A stretch of 64,000 nt of DNA, from the IMG/VR virus record IMGVR_UViG_3300029911_000001, positions 1 through 64,000 of that record; one strand, written 5' to 3'. Both the position numbers and the translations under genes were made by a program. The notes below the pieces were generated by a model. The model worked only from the letters and a program-made list of their open reading frames with translations. It searched no databases and was not told the origin of the DNA. Below are positions 57,580 through 64,000 of this stretch, one piece after another (within the stretch, counting starts at the first letter, position 1; every line of letters starts with the position of its first letter).

Positions 57580-59769
57580 TTAGGCCGACTTCGCCTTGGA
57601 CTTTGCCTTCGGCTTCACGACTTCATCAGTCATGAACTCCGACGCAATCTTATCCAGTTCGAAGGGAGTTCCGGCCTTTACCGAGAACACCACGTCTGCC
57701 TTGGTTTCGTCAGTTACAAGCTTACCACGTCCTGCGGCGTGGAGAGCAAACAAATCGTACAGGTTCGGCTTCTTGATGTTCGTGAAAGCCCTACCGAGAA
57801 GTTCGATGGTACCGCGAGTCGAGGCAACAGTGTTCCCGCCCCAACCGTAGTCACGACGCGAGTTCATCGCAGCGTCGGCCCAGATGACCTTGCGGTCAAC
57901 GAGGTCGATAATCATGGGCACACCTGAGCGTGCAGCCATCGACAGGTCAGCCTTGTCCTCAATGGTACGAGGGTCAAAGACTTCTCCCGACTGTGCCTTC
58001 TCACGCAGCATGAAGCCAGCGAAGCACTCCGGCAGGTCGCAGAAGTTCTGCTCCGTGTATCCGTGAACCGTCATGACAACGTAACGTACACGCTGCTTGA
58101 TAGCCTTTGGGATGTCCACGTCGATGAACTCCGCAGCACCGTTCGGTGCCGACGTGATGTCGCCGCTGTGAACCGCGTAGCCTTCACGCAGGTTGTAGAA
58201 CGTGACCGCACCGAGAGCGTTCCAGTTCTCGTCATAGGATGACGCCGACAAGTCTAGGTCTACCCGGTTGCCCCAGTAGGTGTCCGCCTTGTCCTCCTTC
58301 ATGTCATGCCACCAGATGAAGAAGCGGAGGGTGTCCTTGTCATTGCCGAAGGCCAGCTTCGAGCCACGCACGAGAGTACGCAGGGACTTGCTTGCCGAAC
58401 GCTGTGAGAAGGGCACGAGGCACTCCCTCAGAGCCGGGTCAATGTAGACCTTGCCCAGCTTCGGCAGAGCGGAGAACCGCTCAGCGAGAACACGCTTGAT
58501 GCCATCGACCACGAGCAAGCAGATGCTGGGACGCAGCGTCGGCAGGTCGTTCTCCAGAGCCGTGCAATGAGCCACGTTGCCCTTCGGGAATACCACACGC
58601 AGAACATAACCCTCCGCACGATTCGAGAAGTGCGTCATGACCTGCAACAGTACCGGCGTAGAAACATCCGATGCTACATCCAAGAAAGACTCCGCGACAC
58701 GAGTCTGAGTACGAGCCGCCGCATTGCGGAGCACGTGGTCGAGACGACGAGCGAACTCACCCGGACGCTGCTGAAGCAACGTGATGCTCTTGATGGTCTC
58801 GCCAGCACGCACGGACGCTTCTACCTGCGAACGGTAGGTCTCAATGGTCTTGTTGTTACGCAAGTCCTTGAACGCATAGAACGAGGTAGGGAACTTCTTC
58901 TGGAACTCGCCCGGATGCAGACGCTCACCGAGACGAATCCAGCGGGACGGCCAACGGGCCATGTCCTCTGCCTTGTTCTTGATGGGCTCCAGCAAGCCGA
59001 GAATGTAACGACGCTCCGAACGCTTGAACGCCTTGAACTTGGACTTGTCCGTAAGAGACACGTCACCGCCGCTCATCGCCGTAGCGAGACGAAGTACGTC
59101 CGTGGCCGTCTTGAAGTACGGAGTGAGGTCGATGACACCGTTGACCAGCAAGGAACCCACGAAAGCGAGGTTCTCCTTGTTGCTGATGAGAGCAAGGGAC
59201 TCTTCCACGTTGCCGTAGCCAGCCGTGATGAGAGCCTTCAGGTCTTCCTTGTCGGATGCCGACAGAGACGTGTTCGACTTGGCGAGGTTGTTGGCAATCT
59301 CGTCTGCCTCATTTGCCGTGGCAACTTCAATGACACGCAGGTTCACACGCTCATCGAGCGGGGCACGCTTATCCTTCGCGTACTTCGGCAACCAAATCAT
59401 GTCCGGGTCGCCGGTCGCGTCTACCAGTCGGAACGAGAAGTAGTGGATGATGGCGTTGAAGTACAACTCCGCCGCGTCGGCCTCGATGACCTGCTGAGGG
59501 AAATTCGGGTACATGGGCGTGTAGTTGCGGACGCCCTTCTGCTCCTTGAGAACAGCGAGGATGTCATCAAAAATCTTGAACGCGGTTACGCCGTTCAAGT
59601 TCGTCAACGCACGGAAGAGCGTGGGGGAGAGGGTGTAGCCCAATGACTGAAGGTTCAAGTTGAACGTCGATACTGCCGGGACATTCAAAGTGAACTTGTG
59701 AGCAGTCTTCGTCCCTGCCGGGAGAAGAACCTTGTTCTTACGACGCAAAAGAATGGACTGGACGTTCAT
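57580..59769 (-). CDS. large helical (putative Ro/TROVE-like) protein with a C-terminal TerD-like domain
   Basis: 729 aa; PMYPNFP, RPGEFARRLDHVLR; TerD motifs VDLDLSA and HSGDITSAPNGAAEFIDVD; strong codon bias. Confidence 0.7.
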   Translation of the reverse strand: MNVQSILLRRKNKVLLPAGTKTAHKFTLNVPAVSTFNLNLQSLGYTLSPTLFRALTNLNGVTAFKIFDDILAVLKEQKGVRNYTPMYPNFPQQVIEADAAELYFNAIIHYFSFRLVDATGDPDMIWLPKYAKDKRAPLDERVNLRVIEVATANEADEIANNLAKSNTSLSASDKEDLKALITAGYGNVEESLALISNKENLAFVGSLLVNGVIDLTPYFKTATDVLRLATAMSGGDVSLTDKSKFKAFKRSERRYILGLLEPIKNKAEDMARWPSRWIRLGERLHPGEFQKKFPTSFYAFKDLRNNKTIETYRSQVEASVRAGETIKSITLLQQRPGEFARRLDHVLRNAAARTQTRVAESFLDVASDVSTPVLLQVMTHFSNRAEGYVLRVVFPKGNVAHCTALENDLPTLRPSICLLVVDGIKRVLAERFSALPKLGKVYIDPALRECLVPFSQRSASKSLRTLVRGSKLAFGNDKDTLRFFIWWHDMKEDKADTYWGNRVDLDLSASSYDENWNALGAVTFYNLREGYAVHSGDITSAPNGAAEFIDVDIPKAIKQRVRYVVMTVHGYTEQNFCDLPECFAGFMLREKAQSGEVFDPRTIEDKADLSMAARSGVPMIIDLVDRKVIWADAAMNSRRDYGWGGNTVASTRGTIELLGRAFTNIKKPNLYDLFALHAAGRGKLVTDETKADVVFSVKAGTPFELDKIASEFMTDEVVKPKAKSKAKSA

Positions 59770-59796
59770 TGGACGTTACCTCTTTCAAGCAAAATA

Positions 59797-59871
59797 GTCG
59801 GGGAGCATCAGACCTAATCGTTGGCAAAGCCCGAAGGCTTTAAGTGAGAAGGAAGGGCTGAAATAGCCGAC
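59797..59871 (-). ncRNA. structured RNA repeat copy R2
   Basis: Closing stem GTCGG/CCGAC; same conserved blocks; TCAG/CTGA covarying helix; UUCG hairpin in the variable loop. Confidence 0.7.
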
Positions 59872-59876
59872 CAGTA

Positions 59877-59948
59877 TGGGCTAGGGAGTAGTGTACCTGA
59901 GTCTCATCCAATAGAAGTGTAGAAGGAAGGGACACAATAGCCAGCCCA
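59877..59948 (-). ncRNA. structured RNA repeat copy R3
   Basis: Closing stem TGGGCTGG/CTAGCCCA; same blocks; GTGT/ACAC covarying helix. Confidence 0.7.
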
Positions 59949-59954
59949 GTTTCT

Positions 59955-59985
59955 ATAATACGACAGAAATGGAAAAATGTGTGAA
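59955..59985 (-). promoter_or_regulatory. putative promoter for the RNA-TerD unit
   Basis: GTATTAT (-10-like) 6 nt before the first base of R3; weak -35; same GTATTA motif at ~19270, ~56455 and ~63907. Confidence 0.5.
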
Positions 59986-59992
59986 GTATTTT

Positions 59993-60220
59993 TCAGCACA
60001 TATCCCATGCACGGATTTCGGAGTGTTCGAAGTCTACATCGGCGAGGTTCTCTTCGCCTACCATCTCAGCCGCGAACGCACGGTAAGTCTCTTCCGTGGA
60101 GTCGGAGGGGTGGTGGAACTCGAACTGGAACTTACGAGGGTCTCCGTCTTCGGTCTCGACACGATGGCCGCAGCAACCGGAGTCGCAACCGTAGTAGCTA
60201 TGTAGGATTAGAAGTTTCAT
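59993..60220 (-). CDS. small hypothetical protein
   Basis: GAGG RBS; YGCDSGCCGH motif. Confidence 0.6.
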   Translation of the reverse strand: MKLLILHSYYGCDSGCCGHRVETEDGDPRKFQFEFHHPSDSTEETYRAFAAEMVGEENLADVDFEHSEIRAWDMC

Positions 60221-60515
60221 TCTGTAACCTCACTAATTCTGCGTACCCCGCAGGGTTCCACTCTTTATACACCCGAGGGTTGACGAACATGAACGTAGGT
60301 GCAAGGTCATACCGTTGGACTTCTGCGAAGGCGTCAGCCATACCCTCAAGGGTAATTGCACCCGGAGTGGGCTGGGGGGTTGGTACGTTCCACAAATACC
60401 CCATCACGCCACGCTGCTTCAGCAACTCAAGGTCAACAGGAACAGGTGCTGGCGTCGGGAGTACCGCCGCGACCGCTACTGCAACCATGGTGCCTAAAAA
60501 GTTTCTACGGTTCAA
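60198..60515 (-). CDS. Tat-signal protein with permuted major-capsid-like segments
   Basis: MNRRNFLG plus hydrophobic core; GVMGYLW and MADAFAEVQRYDL..F.NPR.Y match this phage's MCP. Confidence 0.75.
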   Translation of the reverse strand: MNRRNFLGTMVAVAVAAVLPTPAPVPVDLELLKQRGVMGYLWNVPTPQPTPGAITLEGMADAFAEVQRYDLAPTFMFVNPRVYKEWNPAGYAELVRLQNETSNPT

Positions 60516-60750
60516 TCTCCTGCCTCCATGAAGTGCGTGATGGGACCATACTTCGGCTGGGCTGCAATCTTCCAGCAGTTTATGATTCGGAATGCTCGAC
60601 CTGTGCCGGTGAGAATACGACCAGTCTGAGTCTTCACTGCGAAGAAGCGTTCCTTCGATTCATCGGTGGGGGCTCCGGGAGTCCATGCCTCTGGAGGCAG
60701 GGTACCGGCCCAGTCACCAATCGCTTGCAGATGTTTTTCTTTTTCTCTCA
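60512..60750 (-). CDS. hypothetical protein
   Basis: Overlaps both neighbours; start uncertain. Confidence 0.5.
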
Positions 60751-61359
60751 TGCGAAGAACTGCTCCCCAACTTTCTCGTTCACGAACAGCACGACGTTCC
60801 AATCAGTGGGCTTGCGAGTATAGGTCGCAGTGTGATGGAAGAACCCCTTAGTAGAAAGCTCAACCCAGTCCACAGGTGCGGACGCCCTGTAACTCTTCGG
60901 CCTGTCTCCGACGTACCGGCGTTCGGTACGAACACGAATCTCATCCATGGGGAGGTCGAGGTCACCCACCACGATGGCTCCCCACATGTACCCCATGACC
61001 GGGCGACCCTCGGTGTAGTGATAACTCGCACAGACCATATCGCCGGGACTACCGTTGAAGTGACGACCCTTACTCCATGACTTCTTAGCCCCTCTGCTGT
61101 ATCGAGACTCCCCCATAAAATCCTCCCAACCAATGGTGTCTTCAAGCCAGAGAAGATTGTCGGGGTTGATGTAAAGAACCTCCGCCCGATCCCCATGAGC
61201 TTCCATCTTGTCGAAGGCGTCCTTGATACTTTCAGGAGATAGCCCCGGCGTCAGCTTGATAGGCTGGGGTGTGGGAACGTACTTCGCCAACGCTGTGAGC
61301 GGAGAGACGAGGGCGAGAGCCACCGATGTTTGGAGAAAATTTCGACGCGATACTAACAT
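60748..61359 (-). CDS. Tat-signal protein with a major-capsid-like domain
   Basis: SRRNFLQ...ALA-K signal; SIKDAFDKMEAH...YINP and VMGYMWGA match the MCP. Confidence 0.75.
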   Translation of the reverse strand: MLVSRRNFLQTSVALALVSPLTALAKYVPTPQPIKLTPGLSPESIKDAFDKMEAHGDRAEVLYINPDNLLWLEDTIGWEDFMGESRYSRGAKKSWSKGRHFNGSPGDMVCASYHYTEGRPVMGYMWGAIVVGDLDLPMDEIRVRTERRYVGDRPKSYRASAPVDWVELSTKGFFHHTATYTRKPTDWNVVLFVNEKVGEQFFA

Positions 61360-61374
61360 GATTCCTCATTTCTA

Positions 61375-61431
61375 GTTCCGGCGCAGGGAGTCGAACCCCA
61401 GTTCAAGGCTTCAAAGACCCGTGTCCTACCC
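61375..61431 (-). pseudogene. 5'-truncated tRNA-Gln(UUG)
   Basis: D-loop GGTA, CTTTGAA loop, T arm and 3' acceptor strand present; 5' acceptor strand absent. Confidence 0.7.
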
Positions 61432-61512
61432 AAAATAGTACCTTCCGTTAAGGATGTTCTGTGTCCGGTACACTGTGTAAAACCGGGTTGTAGCTTTCTT
61501 ATAGTTTCTCAT
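61426..61512 (-). pseudogene. truncated GIY-YIG endonuclease (28 aa)
   Basis: MRNYKKATTRFYTVYRTQNILNGRYYFG*; upstream promoter/hairpin retained. Confidence 0.75.
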
Positions 61513-61577
61513 GAACCTATCAACCTCTCAGATGCTGAGGAGCTAACCTCTACTAAAGAGGTTGATAGTCACGAAAG

Positions 61578-61658
61578 AGCTACGAGAGGGATTCGAACCC
61601 CCGGTGTTTGTATGCCGCATTACAAGTGCGGTGCATTCGACCACTCAGCCATCGTAGC
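61578..61658 (-). tRNA. tRNA-Thr(UGU) with a 12-nt variable region
   Basis: GCTACGA/TCGTAGC acceptor; CCGCA-CTTGTAA-TGCGG; GGGGG-TTCGAAT-CCCTC; no encoded CCA. Confidence 0.85.
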
Positions 61659-61664
61659 ATACCT

Positions 61665-61934
61665 TTACATTTTTACAAAAGAGAGTACCGGTACATCTGG
61701 GTAGCTCTCCCTGACTTCTTTATTCCAAACCTCGTGCCTTGCATGACATTCTGAACAGTAGAACGCTCCCGCATCGAAGGAGTGGTCTTGATAATCACTC
61801 GACCAACCCCCTGTGCCGGGAGGGCACCAGAACTCAGCCGAGTTTTCACATCTCCCCTTGTAGTTCTCAATGTCCGTGGATACAAACCCCACAGACTCCG
61901 GTACGCCCATGCATTGAATCTTCAAATCGGTCAT
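61665..61934 (-). CDS. hypothetical protein
   Basis: GAGGA RBS; Cys motifs. Confidence 0.6.
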   Translation of the reverse strand: MTDLKIQCMGVPESVGFVSTDIENYKGRCENSAEFWCPPGTGGWSSDYQDHSFDAGAFYCSECHARHEVWNKEVRESYPDVPVLSFVKM

Positions 61935-61942
61935 GTATCCTC

Positions 61943-62251
61943 TTACTTATACTTCGGGAAGAATCCAAAGTTCTTGGGGTACTCTTCTCTCGGTATGAAA
62001 ACGATTGCAACTTCTTGTCCGTTCAACGTGGACTCGGTGATGACTTGATGCTTCGGCACTTCCTTCGCCTTCTCGAACTCCTCGTCGGTTACCTTGCACA
62101 CAACCTTGGCGAAGGACGTTTGCAGCCACTTGACCATATCCGGGTCGGTGGGGAAGTTCAGGTAGAGCGACAGAGGCCCGTGTGCTGCGGCCACGATGGC
62201 GTTACCTACCGGGATGGAGCCCTTCACCAAAACGTACATCTTCAATTTCAT
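61943..62251 (-). CDS. peptidyl-tRNA hydrolase, PTH2-like
   Basis: KMYVLV...G....AAH....W.....KVVCKV; true start at 62251 (the longer ORF overlaps tRNAs). Confidence 0.7.
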   Translation of the reverse strand: MKLKMYVLVKGSIPVGNAIVAAAHGPLSLYLNFPTDPDMVKWLQTSFAKVVCKVTDEEFEKAKEVPKHQVITESTLNGQEVAIVFIPREEYPKNFGFFPKYK

Positions 62252-62340
62252 GCTGGCCTCGTGTATGAGTCCGATAGGGCTCATTGGACTCATATATGAA
62301 GCACTAAAGCCGTTAGTGCTCCATATATGGGACTTTATCT

Positions 62341-62413
62341 TGGTGGGCACTTCGGGAGTTGAACCCGAATCACCGTTTCCCTTGGCAGGGTGCCACGGTG
62401 AACCAATGTGCCC
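62341..62413 (-). ncRNA. tRNA-like RNA without a D arm
   Basis: GGGCAC/GTGCCC-ACCA end; TTCGGG-TTCAACT-CCCGAA T arm; single long arm TCACCGT/ACGGTGA. Confidence 0.65.
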
Positions 62414-62419
62414 GAATCT

Positions 62420-62506
62420 TGGTTGGGGAGGCAGGATTCGAACCTGCAATGAGCTTACGCTCGGGGGCTTCAAAGGCCCTTGACCTACCATTGGTACGAC
62501 TCCCCA
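62420..62506 (-). tRNA. tRNA-Gln(UUG) with a long variable arm
   Basis: TGGGGAG/CTCCCCA-ACCA; GGGC-CTTTGAA-GCCC; variable hairpin GAGC-GTAA-GCTC. Confidence 0.8.
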
Positions 62507-62511
62507 ATAAC

Positions 62512-62745
62512 TTATGCTGTGACCAAATCCTTCGGAGGCCACTCAAACTTCCAGTTGCTCCGCTCACGAATCTTGTTATCGCGAATGTTGTAGAACCCGG
62601 CGTACGCTGCACACGTGATAGAGCAGAACACAGGATGACTCAGGTCGTCCGGCATCTCAACCATCTGAGGCCCACGTGGGGTGTCAGGGTCTTCGTGATG
62701 ACGCCGATAATCTGCACAACCGGGTGCTGGACACGCAATCAACAT
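62512..62745 (-). CDS. small Cys-rich protein
   Basis: CP..GC and FCSITC motifs. Confidence 0.55.
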   Translation of the reverse strand: MLIACPAPGCADYRRHHEDPDTPRGPQMVEMPDDLSHPVFCSITCAAYAGFYNIRDNKIRERSNWKFEWPPKDLVTA

Positions 62746-62748
62746 AGC

Positions 62749-63348
62749 TCACTCCCAGTACAGCCTATAGTTCGTTCCGTATACTTCGTTCAACTTCTTG
62801 AAGAAGGCATCGGTCTTTATCTTGACCATGAAATCGTCACCCTTGGCGACGACGCCTTCCCACACTGGATACTTTCCGCTGCGGACATCATCAACGAACT
62901 GCTTGTTGAGGTTGCCCTCGTAAACCACTTCAGCCGCGTATGGCAGGTCTCCGTACTGCTTGAGAAACTGCCGGGGCGACATCATCCCCTTCTTGAACAG
63001 GTACACATCGAACAAGCGAAGCTGCTTAGGCTCCCCCGGCGTATGCACACCCGCGAAACTTGAGTCCCCGAAGAACTCTGTGAAGACCGTGGTCCTCTGG
63101 CAGTTCCGGTCGTAGTCCTTCACCCGGCGAGTCAACTCATCTGCCATGGTATCCATGAAGACCGGAATCGCTTCACCGAAGACCGGGTTGCTCTTGTCGA
63201 ACAACTCATGTCGGGTACCAAACTTGAACCAACCCTTCTTGGGGTTCCACTCCCAACGAAGGTTCGAGCCATCGTACTTGTAGAAAGCGATGCACTGCTT
63301 ACCTAGAGGGGCTTTGGAACTTCCTTCGATACTTGGGTACTGCTCCAT
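62749..63348 (-). CDS. ATP-dependent RNA ligase family protein
   Basis: Nucleotidyltransferase motifs KYDGSN, EFFG, LFDV, EGVVAK and KIK. Confidence 0.8.
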   Translation of the reverse strand: MEQYPSIEGSSKAPLGKQCIAFYKYDGSNLRWEWNPKKGWFKFGTRHELFDKSNPVFGEAIPVFMDTMADELTRRVKDYDRNCQRTTVFTEFFGDSSFAGVHTPGEPKQLRLFDVYLFKKGMMSPRQFLKQYGDLPYAAEVVYEGNLNKQFVDDVRSGKYPVWEGVVAKGDDFMVKIKTDAFFKKLNEVYGTNYRLYWE

Positions 63349-63456
63349 ACATCCCTTTCAATTTCTCCAATACCACTTCCATAATCAGGGAGTGGTTTAT
63401 GAAATGCCTTCAATGTGATACCGACACGAGTAATCCAAAGTTCTGCTCCAACAAGT

Positions 63457-63613
63457 GACCATATTGATGGAAATTACATGAACAACCATCGTAATAACTT
63501 GCGGTGCAACTGCCCAAACTGCGATATACAACTACCTACGTCAAAAGGGGAAGAACCGAGGCAACGGTAGGCATTGGCGTCGAGTTCGTTATGCGGAGGG
63601 TAAGTCCCGCTAA
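63457..63613 (+). pseudogene. HNH endonuclease remnant
   Basis: DHIDGNYMNNHRNNLRCNCPNC..LPT then a frameshift into KNRGNGRHWRR.RY.EGKS*. Confidence 0.7.
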
Positions 63614-63616
63614 AAA

Positions 63617-63692
63617 TGGAGCCGGTTGAGGGACTCGAACCCTCTGCCTTTTGCTTACCAAGCAAATACACATCCATATATGCTTAACCGGC
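63617..63692 (-). tRNA. tRNA-Thr(GGU)
   Basis: GCCGGTT/AACCGGC-TCCA; TTTGC-TTGGTAA-GCAAA; canonical T arm; atypical D arm. Confidence 0.85.
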
Positions 63693-63698
63693 CTTTCT

Positions 63699-63902
63699 TT
63701 ACTTACAACAGCGACTAATCTGCTTATCAAGTTCCTGTGCAGTCTCGTGCGCTTTTTCAAAAAACTCATCAACATCTTCGGAGTAGGTGACTCCGTGAAG
63801 CAGAGCACGTCGCCGCTTGTCCTCTGCTACGTTGTGGCGAAGGTTCTCCAGCATCTGCTGAGCGATTGCTGCTGCGGCCTCATCCAAGTTTTCCATACTC
63901 AC
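63699..63902 (-). CDS. small hypothetical protein
   Basis: 67 aa ORF between tRNA genes. Confidence 0.5.
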   Translation of the reverse strand: MSMENLDEAAAAIAQQMLENLRHNVAEDKRRRALLHGVTYSEDVDEFFEKAHETAQELDKQISRCCK

Positions 63903-63917
63903 CTAATACTGCGAAAC

Positions 63918-64000
63918 TGGAGCTAGGTGAGGGACTCGAACCCTCGGTGTTTGTATACCGCTTTACGAAAGCGGTGCCGTCGCCACTGAGCCAACCTAGC
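63918..64000 (-). tRNA. tRNA-Thr(CGU) with a 12-nt variable region
   Basis: GCTAGGT/ACCTAGC-TCCA; CCGCT-TTCGTAA-AGCGG; 5' end coincides with the window edge. Confidence 0.85.

Noticed and set aside
24341-59646. Long plus-strand ORFs (e.g. 24694-25767, 34144-35235, 46803-47693, 58567-59646)
   Set aside because: Antisense shadows of codon-biased minus-strand genes.
57407-59948. Repeats R1-R3 as a CRISPR array or SRP RNA (GAAGGAAG resemblance)
   Set aside because: Only three non-identical, internally paired copies split by a 2.2 kb gene, with no cas genes. The SRP domain IV tetraloop geometry is absent.
61943-62542. 199 aa ORF as annotated in the track
   Set aside because: The 5' half overlaps two tRNA-type genes; the credible protein starts at 62251.
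63474-63808. ORFs 63474-63677 and 63536-63808
   Set aside because: They overlap tRNA-Thr(GGU) and the antisense of an HNH remnant.
1-64000. Stop-codon reassignment (alternative genetic code)
   Set aside because: Genes are full length in code 11, all three stops are used, and the Gln tRNA anticodons are UUG rather than suppressor CUA/UUA.

Overview
64 kb segment of a large (jumbo-type) contractile-tailed dsDNA phage, almost entirely minus-strand. About 1-44.5 kb is a late/structural region. It holds an HK97-type major capsid protein, a capsid decoration gene split by an ORF-less group I intron, a scaffold, a prohead protease, tail sheath, tail tube and neck genes, acidic head-associated proteins, an intein-bearing SWIM protein, and a block of large signal-peptide-bearing carbohydrate-active or fibre-like proteins. 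About 44.5-64 kb is an accessory region. It holds NAD+ salvage genes (Nampt, NadM-Nudix), a UvrD helicase, a TerD-fused putative Ro/TROVE-like protein, an RNA ligase, a PTH2-like hydrolase and a tRNA cluster. At least 7 free-standing homing endonucleases plus remnants are present. A PEP-CTERM gene and the secreted-protein architectures suggest a diderm host, possibly an acidobacterium (inference). Best novelty candidates: (1) two Tat-signal proteins that are fragments of the phage's own major capsid protein, one with the segments permuted; (2) three covarying structured RNA repeats flanking the TerD/Ro-like gene; (3) a secreted fibre/glycoside hydrolase operon under late control; (4) a ~500-nt structured non-coding region; (5) non-canonical tRNAs; (6) a shared late-promoter-in-hairpin control element on homing endonuclease genes. 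All family assignments come from motifs recognised by eye; no database search was run.
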